Shown piece by piece: positions 1-14,200 of a stretch of 64,000 nucleotides of DNA. Under the pieces are notes generated by a model. That model saw nothing but the letters and a program-made list of their open reading frames with translations, searched no databases and was not told the DNA's origin. Source of the DNA: Tubulanus polymorphus (Eukaryota > Animalia > Nemertea); the NCBI RefSeq assembly GCF_964204645.1, contig NC_134028.1, positions 4,960,001 through 5,024,000 on the forward strand, given 5' to 3'. The translations under genes and the position numbers were made by a program. How positions within the stretch are numbered: the first letter of the stretch is position 1; the number at the start of each line of letters is the position of its first letter.

Positions 1-176
1 ATCTATATTTTTAGTCCTCATTTGTATTTCTGATTCAATTATTTCACTATAAGTTTAAGTTGTCATTTGAATAAGTCATCAACATAATGATCATCACAAC
101 TACCGTACAAAGACTTAATTGTAGCTAATTTTATATTTCAATTTTAGTTTAAATCTTTAACCCTTTCTTTTCACAG

Positions 177-1366
177 ACACATTTGTGTAATATGGCAATT
201 GATAACCCGACTAAACGAACTAAAGAAACAGTAGTTGATGGAATTCTCAGTTATCTAGAAACTGATACTTTATGGTAAATAAATTCAATCTTCAATAGAC
301 CGTAATTTTAATGATTTCACAGTTAGACCGTAATTTTAATGATTTCACAGTTAAAGGGTTAATACCATGTTTCATCCACAGTTATCGAATTGATGAACCG
401 GAGGAGCTGAAACAATATCAAGACAAATATTGGAACCCGATCATTGAATGGGCAGAAAAGAGGTGATTATTGAAACTTATATGAACTGTAGCTGTAACTG
501 TGTTAATGAATTATGTAAATATGATGTCAAACTGTCATGAACATCATTTTGATTATGTTTGTTTGAAACAGGTATGATGTCAAACTGCCGTGTACATCGG
601 GATTCTCAATGACGGAATTACCGGAAGAAACAAAACGTTTATTTCGTCAGCATTTACTCTCACACACAGAATGGTCATTAGTTGGTGAGTTCTGTTCAGA
701 TTTCTTTTGTCTTGGATTAAAAGTTAACCAATGTTTTCTAACGATTATGTGTTTTTTCAATCATTTTAGGTTACCAGTATTCAACTGAAGCGTTGAAGTC
801 GTTTGTCTTGTCTTTAGCTCTGATGGATAAACACATCTCAGTAGAAGATGCCGTTAAATTAGCTCGATTAGAGACCGTCTATCAGGTAAAACAACCTGAC
901 ACTGCTGAAATATCACCTTTAACTTTCAATCTTTCTCAACTCTCACTCTGCAGTGCCACCTCATCACAACGTTCTGGGGACTAGAACATCTGTTTGTTAT
1001 AACCAATAGTTCATTATATCCAGTATGAAATTATCAAAATTGTCCTATTTGAAATGAAATTCTGTGGTTATAATGTGGTTCCACTGTACATGAGACTCTA
1101 CTCAGTCCTCTCTTCTTGTCAGATTTACCGCTACTATTTGTCTTAGAAGATTCTTCATTTGCAAGAAGGAATTTATCTCTTAATTAACTTTAATTTATCT
1201 GTGATTCATTTGTTTGTTTGTACGATAGACTGATAAATGGGGAAGTGTTGAATGGTATCACGATGTTGAAGTTGCTGAATTACAATCGAAAGCGTCTGCT
1301 GCTGCTGTATTCACACATTTGTGCAATGAAACGACATATACAAAAACGAAAGGACAAAATAATTGA
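177..1366 (+). CDS. ATPAF2: ATP synthase mitochondrial F1 assembly factor 2 (ATP12), last 5 coding exons; 5' end outside window
   Basis: GT-AG exons 177-274, 382-462, 572-684, 770-885, 1229-1366 join in frame: THLCNMAIDNP..YLETDTLCYR..WNPIIEWAEKRY..LKSFVLSLAL..AVKLARLETVYQTDKWGSVEWYHD..*, typical of the ATP12 C-terminal half; AATAAA at 1401. Confidence 0.93.
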
Positions 1367-2181
1367 AATATTTTTCCTCTGTTTTGCCGTCTGTAGTAGT
1401 AATAAAAAAAGTGATTTTTCAGAAACAATTAGAGTTTATTCAATGTATTCAGTGAATTCTCTAATGTTTTTCACAACCAAGGACGCAGCATTAGGTCACA
1501 GGTATTGATTTCTTCTGAATGTAATACTCAGTTCAGTCAGCCTAGATCCGACCAGGCGATGCCCTAAAACATGTATCATTGTTGTACATCAGCTTGTGCC
1601 TGACACTGATTTATCGTGCCATAGGTTCGAACTCGCCATCCCCCATCTGAGTCTACGCTCCTCCCTTTTTATTGGAGTTTGGTACAATGGTATCCAAGAC
1701 AATTATGCCACATAAAATTTATTTATAAATTTTGTTACAGATGCCAACCGTGGCAAGCGAGTGATAAGTTAGTTCACATATTCACCGCTAACGATAAATA
1801 AAGGGGCAGCACATGACGGGCAGAATGTGCCTTATAGATCAGTTCTAACTGTGGCACGCGACCATATGCGATATGTGGCTTTCCACATTTATTGGCTGTC
1901 CCTGGTTTGTGACAGCTAATTGTTTACTTTTTCAGTTGCTGCAATTATTTCTATTTTTTTATAAATATACAATTTGGTAAGTCGTATCTGGTATCACACG
2001 GGAGTCCAGCCATCTATCACAGTCCTTTATCTGTCAAAAGGTAATACCGCCGGGTATGTTTAAAATGTTACTGCCTCCTTTTTTGGTATTCCTAATTTTA
2101 CTTTCGTTTCACAACGCATTCCCAAATAATATATAATTCTTTGTTTCTGTCTCTATATATTTCAGGTGAGAGATCGAAGCG

Positions 2182-4286
2182 ATGGTGTTTAAACTGATCA
2201 TGCACGGTAATTCTCTAGCGTACGCGACGACGAGTCTCGGAGCTACGATGATGAATTCAATATTCATGTTTTATTACGTGAATATATTCCTCAACTATTA
2301 CCACATAAATAACGCGTGGTTTCAAACGTCTCAGATTCTGTTCATGATCTGGAACGCGGTTAATGATCCGATGTTCGCGTATTTTCAAGACCGCGCTACG
2401 TTCTCGTTTACGAAGACGCGTCAGAAAGCGATCCTCAGCGGCGCGTTGTTGTTCGCGATATCGTTCCTGTTGCCGTGGTTCCCGTGGACCTCGGAGTCGG
2501 AGTCTTGGGTAACGGGAATTCATTTGATCGTTTCGTTGTTTTTTTACGACGCGGTTTTCACGTTCGTGCTCCTCGCTCATTGTTGTTTATTTACGGAGAT
2601 GTCCCTCGACCACGGCGACCGTCTGCGATTGATTCACTATTCGCAGGTCGCCGCTATGTTCGGATCGTTTAGCGTTTTTATTTGCGAAATCGTGTCGGAT
2701 AATTTGAAGAATCTGGCGGCGTTTCGCGTGGCATGCGTTGTGATCGCGGTTCTCTCCTGGCTATGTATCAGATACACAGGCATCAAAGCTAAAACTAAGT
2801 ACAACCTGGCAGCGGCGAATGAACTGATCGACAAACAATCGAACACTGTGACTGAATCTAATCAGTATTCATACTGGCGTCTCACTCTACAGATTATTAC
2901 CGAGAAGAATTTCATTGCGTTCGTTACCATTAACTTTCTCTCAGAATTCCATAAAACTTACCTTAGTAATTTTTCAGCGATCATCTGTAATAATCTGATT
3001 CCCGATTCAGAAATCTCATCCTTCATTCGTAGCTGTTTGTATGGTGCTTTTAATTTTGGCCCGATGGTGAGTATTGTGGAGGGGTTAACTGGGGGTTTAT
3101 AGGGTAGTGTAACTCGCATGGAACAATAGATAACAGTCTGCTGAATTCAGTTTCTAGGTTCTTCAATTCCTTTATTTCATTACAGAATCAAAAGGATGTC
3201 AATTTTTATTATTGGACACTTGTTTCTTCAGTTGCTGGTTATTTTCGGCGGAAGATTCGTGGCTAAATTCGGCTCGTACCGAGTCATACGAGGAAATTTC
3301 ATATCAAAGATCTTTACAGGACTAACGATGTACTTCATCGGATCCAAATATCCACTTGTATTTGCCGTATTTCTGTTAATTGATACGTGAGTTATAGGTC
3401 GAGTTTGGGTGCAGTTTCATAAAAAAGTTTCAGCTTAAAGTTCAAATTGTTGTTTGCTTGTCTTCATGTTAGTAACCGATGGCAATTAAAACAGTAATTT
3501 GAGTTAACCAACCCTTAGATTGTTTATAGAACGGTTTAGTTAGTACCATGTATTTGTTATTTGTTTTCCAGCTGTTACACGTTTGCAGCGTTCACGCTGT
3601 ATAATATCTCAGTATCTGATATTATTGATCGCGATAAAGAACTATATAATCGTCCGTGAGTATCTGAAAAATTGTAGATTGAAAAATGAATGAAACAGAG
3701 AATTATTGTGTATTGGATTTGGGCAAAACATAGACTATGTATGCATGGCATTGGGATCTGAAATTCCCTGACTTAAGATGAAAGAACCCCGATTCCCTGA
3801 AATCCATACACTGAATATTGAATCCTAGATTCCCTGATATCCCGATCAACAGTTCTTATCGGTTAACAGTTAATATATTCAGGCGGAACAAGTTGATTGA
3901 GTAAATATCTGAGTAGGTAATAAAACTTAGGAGTCAAACTGGAACCAGACGACGCGAGTTTCCATGAATGATTCTCTTTCTATTTCAGGCATCCGATATC
4001 ATCGATGGTTTTCGGTACGAATGCTTTGATCGTGAAACCGGCGATATCGTTATCACCGATGTTCGCTATGTCGGTGTTCAATTCATACGGATACGATAAA
4101 CTACGCAACGGAACGTTAAAGAACGTCGATGAACGCAACAGTTTAATGAACGTGATGTTTACGATATCGTGTTTGTTACCGGTTGTCGTCGGTGTCGTTC
4201 AATTGATCGCCTGGTCCTTTTACGACATACGTAATAGTCACGAACTCATTCCAAAACATGTGGAAGGAGAAAATGACGAAATTTAA
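2182..4286 (+). CDS. MFSD13A: MFS-domain transmembrane protein 180 / MFSD13A, 4 coding exons
   Basis: Exons 2182-3066, 3232-3386, 3572-3655, 3989-4286. Motifs FMIWNAVNDPMFAYFQD, FLLPWFPW, FYDAVFTFVLLAHCCLFTE and MVFGTNALIVKPAISLSPM match the TMEM180 family. Non-coding first exon ends at donor 1976/1977; AATAAA at 4989. Confidence 0.88.
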
Positions 4287-5888
4287 GAGAATTCATGATA
4301 TTTCAGTTACATGGGGCGGATCTAGGGATCCTGGCCTTCTCAGCTTTCAAATGTTAAGAGATCTCCACTTGTGGCTGCTTTATCAGAGAAATTCCCTCAA
4401 TAATAATAATTATTATTATTATAATAATGACATATTTCTTATATACTGTGCTCCGTATACATTTCAGTGCGGTATACAAATATAAAATGCGGAAATTAAA
4501 ACCAATAGAAATATTGCCTGAAGAGAAATGTTTTAACTTAGTTTTAAAGTAAATCAGTACAGGATCTAATTCTAAAAGGTAAAGCATTCCTTTTCATTTG
4601 GACCCCATAGATCCGTCCCCGAGTAATAGTATCTAGGCTGTTAATACATGTTTGATTGTTCTCACTCAGTATTCTCAGGATCAGGGTTATTTCTAATTGG
4701 CAATTCTTCTTGGCAATTGACAGTTGTATCTAGTGAACCATCTTTTTAGAATCAAATGCTATTCTATACTGGCCGAGATAGCTACTGGTTTAACTGTTAA
4801 TGTTTAAACCCTGCATGTCTCTAACATTTTTGTTTGTCATTTTGAATAGTTTGGACTTTTAATACATGTATTGCTAAAATGGTGAAGGAAATTTTACAGC
4901 TACCCTATATCTTATGTGCCATAATCCTTTTTCATTCCTTTTAGTTCTGTTCTCATTAGACATGTTTAACGATGTTTGTTATCATGGAAATAAATTGATA
5001 GGCCTATTTGTAGTACAGGTCTTAACTATATATATTTAAACTCAGTAAATGTCTAAATGGTTTTTTTGTGGAATCTTGAGGAAATTTAGACAATTGGTGG
5101 CTTCATACAGTAGAATAGCTTCAGATCTAACGGGGCGAATACATTCTCTGCGAGGAATGCGAGTTCCGGAGCAGCCGGAGCAGGAATCGGAGGAGTTAGG
5201 AGGGCCAAATATCGACTCTGGGTAAACACAGTCTACTGGTTCGATTCCGAAACTGTCAGCTGGTTGGTGTTCATGTCCTTCACCCCTCATCCTTGTTCAT
5301 TTTTACCGATCTTTAAACTAACAAATACATTTCTTAAAAGAAACATTTTATTACTTACTGTACTACACTCCATATTAGACAGTTATTACATAACTAAATC
5401 CGGTAGATTTTTCGGCTAACCCGATTCGTGAGCAGAATTTCTAGCATGTTTTGAGGGTTGTATGAATTATGGATGAAATCGAGAACATTTGGAACCTGTC
5501 GATAGTTCAACAAGTGCGATGAAATCCTGCCTCGGTCTGGTTAGCCTAATATTACAAGTATATATAATACATTATTTTACATTATTGTACATAAAAATTT
5601 GAAATTATCACAATTACAGCGGTTAGTATTATATAACCTAACAAAAACAAACTCTAATCATCTACTAAAAAAGACATAAACGCATCTGAGAGAGACAGAG
5701 AGTCATTGAGTCAGAGACATTGAGAGAGAGAGAGACATTGAGTCATTGAGAGAGAGAGATGGAGTGGAAGTAATGAAAATCCATCTCTCTCCAATATCTC
5801 CATTTATTCAACAATATTTTCTCCTAATATATGAATATCATTTCTCCTTAGGACTGTAGCATAGAGCTTGAACTAAAAACCTTGTCTA

Positions 5889-6051
5889 GGGATCATTCAT
5901 TAATTACGTACGCATGAAATTTGAATTTTTCAACCCCCTCCCCCTCTGTACGCAAAATCGGCCATTTTTTCGTATACATTAAGCATTACAGTACGCAATT
6001 GCACTGACCCCTCCCCCTCCCCTAATGCGTACGTAATAAATGAATGACCCC
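5889..6051. mobile_element. MITE, PIF/Harbinger-like, in MAP2K4 3' region
   Basis: ~25-bp terminal inverted repeats GGGATCATTCATTAATTACGTACGCA / TGCGTACGTAATAAATGAATGACCCC flanked by 3-bp CTA duplication; TIR resembles the element at 59451. Confidence 0.7.
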
Positions 6052-6072
6052 CTAGGATATCTCAGTCCAGTA

Positions 6073-6213
6073 CAGTAGACCCCGCTCGAAGTCGGATCTT
6101 TAAGGACAAAATTGGTCGTCCGACTCAAGAGTCATACATCCGAATTCGATGGAATTCTTCGGTCGGATAAACATTTTAACAAAAATTCCGAGTTGAATGA
6201 ACAGCGTCTACTG
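6073..6213. mobile_element. MITE, Tc1/mariner-like
   Basis: TA|CAGTAGAC...GTCTACTG|TA: inverted termini with TA duplication and subterminal TCGGA/TCCGA repeats. Confidence 0.65.
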
Positions 6214-6899
6214 TACCGGTTGTTCTGTTATAATTGTAATTAGCTCATATCATTGTTGTGATTGTCAGCGTTATTGAGACATTAATTGCCACCTTAAATC
6301 CCAACCATCATTAATTATGCTGCGGTAATTAAAATAACACTTCTGTGATTTGGATCGAAACATCTTAGAACGTCATTGATACAGTATTACAGAATTTTCG
6401 CTTGTATCGTAAGGAAAACTCTTAACCATGGATAGAACTAGAGTAAGAGTTATTGAGCTTTATACCACATTTCAATTCATAAACCCAACGGAGGACGAGC
6501 TTGAAGTATTTTTTGATTGATTTTGACAAACGGCTCAAAATTCATACATTCATCAGCCTTTCAGATCCCTGTCAACTGTTTTACAATATCACGAACTTAA
6601 AAACTATCTATATATACCACAGAAACATACAAGTAAAACATGTAAATAATGCCATGTTTTCAAACCATTCTTAGTTGTTAAATCCACAATTTCTCCATAA
6701 CGTTTCACACCAACTTCTCTCTAGGACAATCCTAGATCTAACCATCGAACTATTCAGAGACCTCACTGTTACACCGCGCCACTGATTCAACAATCATGCC
6801 ACAGTCAGTGCGGATTATTCTTCAATAAAATCCAAAACTAATAACGTTGTTTGGCACAAGATGAAAGTGTGCATGTTTCAGTTATAAGCCGTGTACCGC

Positions 6900-9800
6900 C
6901 TAGCTGTTGCTCAGTTCGAATTCCATATTTTCAGGCATTTGATCCAGTATAGCGCACACATAGTCCGACACAATTATATCCGCATGCTCGTAGTATTTTA
7001 TGAATGGATGTTCCTGAGAAAGAGAAATTGACAATTTATCAAAAATCAGTTTAACATATTCATAAACATTGCTTAGGTGAGGCCTATATAGTACTAAATC
7101 CAACCAGGCTGCTCAGAACGCTTTACAGACATGCTTCCATTAATTTCTATGATTACCTCCAGCCTATATCTCTACCCCTAACCATACCATATATCAATAA
7201 TCTTTCCCTGGGAAGGTGTAATACCCAAGCTACACGGAGTACCTACTGCCTCTTTCCTGAGTGGAGACACCTCACCCAGGGACACTACGGTAATCTATAG
7301 GCTTATCTACTAGTCTACACCCTTGGAAAATTTTTCACAATAGAGAAACATGTTTTCGCCTGAACACTTACCAATAGTTTATTGTATTTCGGTCTGGTTT
7401 TCTCGTCTTTAGTTAAACACGTATTGACGAACGAAACGAAATCCCTGGAATAACCATTCTCCCGATGGTCTAATTGTGGCGCGTTTCCCTGGACAACTTG
7501 TGTCAACTGATCAAATACGCTATTCCATTTCGGATACGGAAATTTACCAGTCGCTAATTCATACTGAAAATAAATTTGACAATAATTAACCACTTGTTCC
7601 TTGTTGGGTGGAATTATCAGTTTTTAAGTTTTAACTACAAATTACTCACCAAAGTGATGCCTAAACTCCACACATCTGAGCGAACATCGTAGCCGCGACT
7701 TGAAGCTCGAGGATCGATCCTCTCCGGCTGAAAATCGCCAGAAAAACAAAACATCCATGAATATCACTAATATACGTTATAGGCTTCCGAATTTACTTGG
7801 TTCTACATGTTATACTGTAAAACCTGTATATTGGAAAGTAATGGAACTGGTGCTGATTAAGAGAGGTTTTACTTTTACTGTCCTAAATGTTTGAAAACTT
7901 ACAGCCATGTAAGGTCTACAACCGGCGTCACGCGATTTTGCAATTGAATCCACGAGCTGTCCACTAATACCGAAATCACACAGTTTGATATTGCCACTTC
8001 GATCTAATAGAATATTCGACGGTTTTACATCTGTAATCATAAACAAACATATCATTGACACCACAATTCATTATCAACTGGCACCACCAGGAATCGGATT
8101 GATAACATTCAATCTTTTCACATCCTTACAAACAGTGGCGTGGAAGTGTAGTAAATGCAGCGGCAATCTGACCCTTGCACCATACTCAGAGACAGTACTA
8201 ACCTCTGTGAATGATCTTCAATTTCTCTTTTAGATAATTTAATGCTTTTACAGTCTGAAAGAAAAAATCATGTCAATTATTCCTCATTCCTCGAAAGCAG
8301 CCAAAACCTGATTCACACATAGGCCTATTACTTACAGCAACTACAATCTTGCCTAATATTTTTTCCGGTATAGAACGCTCTAGTGTCCAATAAATGAATT
8401 TATAAAACTTGTCCAAAGATATCGACATTAACTGCATACAAATCCAGCAATCGCCCTACAAAACAAAACATAGTCACAAACATCATTTACACAGACAGTG
8501 AGTGGAGACGGGTTCTTAGATCGGGAAATCCAGAATTCACAGATTCTGCCCGATCTGTAAGAACCTGGGTGAAAGCAGTCTTTCTTCTCACTTCTTTAAA
8601 TAGAGCACCGTAGAATTGTACAATGTAAGGACAATCGCTGCTTTTCATTACTACTTCGAGATCCATCAATAACTGACTCTGTTCCCTTTCATCAACAGTG
8701 GATCGAATTCTCTGTAAATAAAATACACGTTTTAGTTCATCGAATATCTGGAAAAACCACAAACGGAGAGAAGCCACTTGTATTTGACTTGCTTTTTCCC
8801 TGACTAGTCTCTGACATGTACGTTGTTTTCGCTGATTTTCGCTTATTCACAAAAGACTGACTATTGCCTGACTTTATTAAAGAAAAGAAAATTCCCTGAC
8901 GTTTCCTTGATTTCCGGGTAAGTGGCTCAATCTTCAGTATATTCAAATTACCTTAACTGCCATTACAGTATCACTTATTGAATGTTGCATTTTATTCACA
9001 GTTCCATAGTGACCTCTACCAATTTCACCAAGGTCATCCAGGTCTTCCGATGTGAAATCGTAAACCTAGAATAAAACAGAGGTAATCAGAAGGTAATTTA
9101 GTAGGTGTTCACTCTGATAGGCGTAGGTCCGGTTTGTAGCTAGTTTAGTACCTGATCCGGTGATATTTGTAATTTCCCTGAAGCATCAATTCCATGAGAA
9201 CGAATTCTTTCACTGCAAACACAAACAAATCAAAAATCAATTGAATTTAACTGGAGGAAAATTTGATCAATTCCAACAAAATTATCTAATTTCCAATAAA
9301 GTAATAGGTGATTAACTTCAAAGCCTAGTTGTGGACACAAGTTGAGGTGTAGTTAGTTACTTATCGATGGTGGTAAGCTTATCGGATGGGCTTATACCTT
9401 AGTGGTTTGTGAAAATATCCGATCGTGAAACTAAACCACAGACAGGTTGACCTCTGACCAGTTGAGGTGATGGTACTTACATTTGAGTGGGATGTCCCAT
9501 ACTGGCTAGCGTTGGCTGATTAACTACTTGATTATTGAAGCCACCCCCGAAATTCAGCTTCAAATTTCTTCTCGCTGTGTCTGCTGTAAATCAGACATTC
9601 ACACACAAACGTTTACATATTAGTACAGTTACGAGATACCAGAATTATCATTAGAAGGTGATTGTCAGGTATAACTAAACATGGCTAGGATGGTCTAACT
9701 GCATTAGGTCAACTAATCACTCTATGGTGGTGCTACCTTGATTATTAGAAAATGTATGTAAACACTCTAGCCACTGGCACTCAGTGTTACGCCTCAGGAA

Positions 9801-10114
9801 CAGTAGTATTATTTCAATGTTTAAGAATGATTAAGAAAGAATTAAGAATGATAGAGGTAAATCAGACCACACAATTAAGTGACAACTGTAGGTGAACAGA
9901 TATAGTAAGGTTGGTAAAGCAAAAAGATTGAATTTAGAAATCTTGTCATCATCCACAGCGAGAGATCAGCGATGACACTGACAAGTCACTACTACTAACC
10001 GGGATTTCTAAATCTGCCTGAAACAGGGGGTAGGAACCCACCTTGATTCTGACTATGATTTAAAAGATTTGAGGGTCTATCAGCCGTCGGCGCCAGACCC
10101 TCATCGTCGGCCAT
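6900..10114 (-). CDS. MAP2K4: Dual-specificity MAP kinase kinase 4 (MKK4/SEK1), 11 coding exons
   Basis: Exons (plus coordinates) 10000-10114, 9481-9583, 9152-9212, 8952-9065, 8592-8711, 8336-8455, 8203-8254, 7903-8030, 7650-7727, 7372-7563, 6900-7013 are all in phase. D-site [85 protein letters not shown]. Confidence 0.97.
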
Positions 10115-10975
10115 CTTGTCAATAATCCAGTCGATTTGTCGGCAAATAAACGCCTTTCCGCGGTCAAAAATAGACAACGCGTTCACCGCAAACCCGTTCA
10201 ACACAATCTTCAAACTGTCATCCGAATTTATAATCAATAACACGCCTTTCAACCACTTGTTTTCACTTGTTTTTTGGCTCGCAAACAATTTTTTGACAAA
10301 TGACTCATCAATGAAAATATGATGGGAAAACCCTTCTGACGTCATCACCCGAGTTGACAAGAGGTGGCAGCACATGACGGGATAGCATCGAAGGTGCGGT
10401 GGCAGCACATTACAGTGCAGTGACTATACACACTACAAGGAATACTCCGATCGTTCAGTCTCCCTGTCTGTCCCTGTGCGGATGTTTTAACAGCGATAAT
10501 GAGACATTTGTATTTTCAGAGTAAATTAACTCTCTGTCTTTCATATCGTACTTGTAATACTAAACATCAATGCAATTTCGATTTACATTTCAGAGACAAG
10601 GAGGTACTGCCACCTGTGTCGTCACGGTCGAGGCAAAAATGTCAACAAAACTACATGTGTTTTTCAGCCGTCAGTGTCAGTACTAGTGTGAGCGACCGTG
10701 CTGACTGAAACGAGTCGAGATCAAGAGGAATTCTACTGCTGCAACTGTGTACTGTTAGTTATTTATAGAGTAGTGAGTAATTCGTGGTTTAAAAATATTC
10801 GCGAGTCGTGTGTGTGGGAAGAGCCTGCTGAAATTTATTGACAATTCATTCATTCTTCTACTACTAACTTACTTGACACTCATTGACAGCGGTGACACCA
10901 CTTAATGTCGGTCTGTCACATTTTGCATCCTCTACCTGTCAGTGTTTTGTGTTATTTTAATTGTATCTGGAACCT
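10115..10975. promoter_or_regulatory. Head-to-head promoter/5' UTR region shared by MAP2K4 and KIF19, with perfect CRE and two GGTGGCAGCAC motifs
   Basis: Divergent starts at 10114 (-) and 11294 (+); TGACGTCA at 10337-10344; GGTGGCAGCACAT twice within 10363-10410. Confidence 0.6.
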
Positions 10976-11179
10976 ATGATATTTTACTATCGGGAATTCA
11001 CCGAGTTGTGCACCATTTGTATCGCCGATTTCACCAACCAACAGTGGGCCTCTGCTTTACTGGAGACTGGTTGCATTGCATTCAGGATGGGAGACTTGTG
11101 TTCAAACCATCACGATTATATTGAGGATTCTACGGTGAAAACCATAAATGATAACAGAGATGAGTTCTGCATCTTGTGA
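10976..11179 (+). CDS. Putative 67-aa upstream ORF/microprotein (CxxC...CxxHH) in the KIF19 leader
   Basis: ATG at 10976; MIFYYREFTELCTICIADFTNQQWASALLETGCIAFRMGDLCSNHHDYIEDSTVKTINDNRDEFCIL*; protein-like composition, no family recognised. Confidence 0.4.
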   Translation: MIFYYREFTELCTICIADFTNQQWASALLETGCIAFRMGDLCSNHHDYIEDSTVKTINDNRDEFCIL

Positions 11180-11293
11180 TTGATGGATAACAGAATGAAC
11201 ATGCTTCTGGGAGGACTGGCTACAGCAGTCTCTGCAACAAATGCTGAATTTTTTATATTGACATCTTTCGAAAACTTGTAAAACGAAAACAAG

Positions 11294-14200
11294 ATGAAAA
11301 TCGGTGGCGAACAAACTTTGACGGTAAGGAAAGCTTTTAAATGAAAAATATTTGATAAAAGAAATCCAGGGGCTGCAGATGCTCAAAAGTTGGTTAGAGT
11401 TAACCAGTGGATAGTTGACATAGTGACAATTAATAGTTCATTGTGACTATGGTATTTATCGACCAGTTATCTTTAACCAATTTTTGAGCTACTCCCCCCC
11501 CCAATTTTCTAATCAAAAATATATTGATTCAATAGACCTGTTATAAACTTAAGAATTCTTTCATGTTTATTTTTATCTTTCTGGGAAGTAATTCTTTGAT
11601 ATAACTTTCAAATATATATGTGTGAGTATAGTCCAGTGTGTTCATGGTTGAGTTGTTGGAGGTTATTTTCAGGTCAAGTGGTCATTACGATATTCTTAAG
11701 ACGCGTGCTGTGGTCTCAAATACACTTTTATAGCTGTGACATTTATTATTTTAATCCAACGATGCATGAATCAGATTAAATGTAAAGCACAATCGAATTT
11801 TCTAATGGTTGACAAAGTTAATAACCTGTACGAATTGCAATTGTTGAAAATAAATCGTAGACACCGCGGTGATAAACCAGTTTTATAGATTGTCATTAGA
11901 TTTTTACCATTTTCGATGAATATCCGATCTCTCTGTTGTCGCTGCTATGGTAACATCGAAATAAAAGATAAAAGCACGTCATGCACATCTAAAAACAAAA
12001 AAGAAATTTTTTTAGATTTGAAATTTTTCGCCAAAAACGTCCCAGAACCATCCTTCAAGCCCTAACCCTAACATTAGCCACCAGGAACCTCTCGCATGCC
12101 AGCCCAGCGCTCTAACCACTAGGCCACCAATCTCTTGTAGGTTTGTTTGGTCAGTGTGGTGACCATTTGGCTGTGGTGACCAGTGTGGTGATTGATTGAT
12201 AAATACTCTGTTGTCCCGATCCCTAATAGTAATTTGATGGACCACATAACTAGAGACATTAATCTTATGCTGTTGCAATAATTCTTTTAGTGAACAGAGA
12301 AAGGTGCTTCATGTTTTAGGGGTTTAAACCCTGAAGAACTTCTGGAGAGCAGCAGCTGCTGAGCTTCGTGTGAAACTTGTGGTCAAATTTTGAATCTGAT
12401 GCGTCACGCTTCACTTCCCCTCATTTGATATCAGAGCTCATTCTGCATTTCTCTTATTTCTCTTTAAATGATCTATTTCTAGGTGGCTCTTCGAATTCGC
12501 CCGATGAATAACGATGAAATTATATCTGGAGCCACAAATATATCGCATAAAGTCGAAGACAATGTAAGTATGAATAGGTTACACCTACAGACAATTCAGT
12601 GTTTTAAATACACTGAAATGAATTTCATACTAAATGTGCTACTCAGAATATACTATTTAATTTCAATAGTTTATTGCGTTCCTGGAATTCCAGATGCGCT
12701 GAAGTGTGCGAACCCTGTGAAGGACTCAAATTTTATAGTTTTGATAATAGGATGGTTTTATCGTCCAGACGTCTTTGTTTCGCTATGGGTTAAATTGATT
12801 GTGTTTGGAATTAGATGATATAATACACTGTTCGTTTTCTGCAGTTATAATTATTTCCGTAATCTTCAGTACCATTCAAAACTAACAACTATTTATCGCT
12901 AATCTTCTCATAGAATTAATCATATTTATACACACTATCTCTCCAGATCCTATTTAACTTCGCTAACTCTCTATGACATTTATAAAGTTTCATTAATCTT
13001 CTTAGTATCGCGGTATTTTCTATTGATCTATGATTTGATTCGGATGCAGGGAACTGACTGATAAACTCTTTTAAATCATATCCCCCTCATCAGGTGAAAT
13101 ACGAGGGCATCAATTCTGTATATAAAACTATGGATAACAGAAGTTATTAGATTACAAAAGCTAAATTCTAAGCTAGGCTTATTACAAACCAAATGTTTAA
13201 TTCCCAACTAGTAATTTGCTCATTTAAGATAAAGGATGAGCAGTTTTGGGAATTGACTGATTAGTATAACTAGGCTGAACTCTTTTAAATCCATATAATA
13301 TCTTCATTGAGTCAGTTTTAATTAAATTGTATTCCGAATGTTTTAATCCTTTTGTTGAATTTAATTGATTTCATGTTCAGGAAATTGTGCATCTTACTCG
13401 AAATACAATCCCCCAAGCTATCAAGAATATGGTTTAAAAATGATTTGTGTACATGGTTTTGAATTAGTACACGTTTGTAAAGATGACTGAGCTCACGATT
13501 TCATTGGTCCTGCGGCGAATGTTGTGTATAAAAAATAAATTGTTGCTATGGTGACGTAACTTGTCAAGTGATGCTCGAATTCACGAAGTGTCCTCAACAG
13601 ACGTACATTTTCCAATGATCGAAACCCACGCTGCAAAATAAGCACCTCTTCATTGGTGAAGTTATGAGGATACTTCGCCAGAAAAAGCGTTTCAGAATTT
13701 TTTTTGCTGATTTCCGAGCGTCTCTCGAAATCATCTTCAACAACTATTCCCTGGCGGTGATTATGAATTATAGATCGGTCGTCAGTGGCAACGCTGAATG
13801 TTTTGTTTCGATTTTGCGACTCATTGAAATTTGAACAAAAAAATCGTCCGCTCCGGTTTAAGTGTTACACGTATAATGAGAACTTTCCTGCCTTATCGTT
13901 TTTCTATGCTTCAAAAGCCATCATTATTTCATTACATATTTTCAAAGCAAATGGCATTAAATTATGTTGAAGAATTTGCTATGCATGTTTTGAAGCATTA
14001 GAGTGGGTAGACCAACAGATCTCTACTATTGAATATTTATAGTCAAACTATCAGTATCCATCACATGATGATACCTGTCCCATGGGCCTAATTTTAGCAG
14101 TGCCCTGATACTAGAATTTTTTGTTGGGACACTAATGAAACTATCCCGATGCGATACGCGATATTTCTCATTTCACCATTGGAAAATGATTAATCTAATT

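Noticed and set aside
296-352. 28-bp direct duplication in an ATPAF2 intron
   Set aside because: Simple local slippage with no sign of function.
5230-5255. GGTTCGATTCC B-box (also GGTTCGAACTC at about 1624) as tRNA genes
   Set aside because: No cloverleaf or properly spaced A-box; at most SINE debris.
10115-10408. 98-aa N-terminal extension of MAP2K4 in the ORF track
   Set aside because: Begins at a non-ATG codon in promoter sequence; AAGATGG at 10114 is a good Kozak start giving a normal MKK4 length.
11177-11179. TGA after the Cys-rich uORF as selenocysteine
   Set aside because: No SECIS recognised and the next stop is TAA; no positive evidence.
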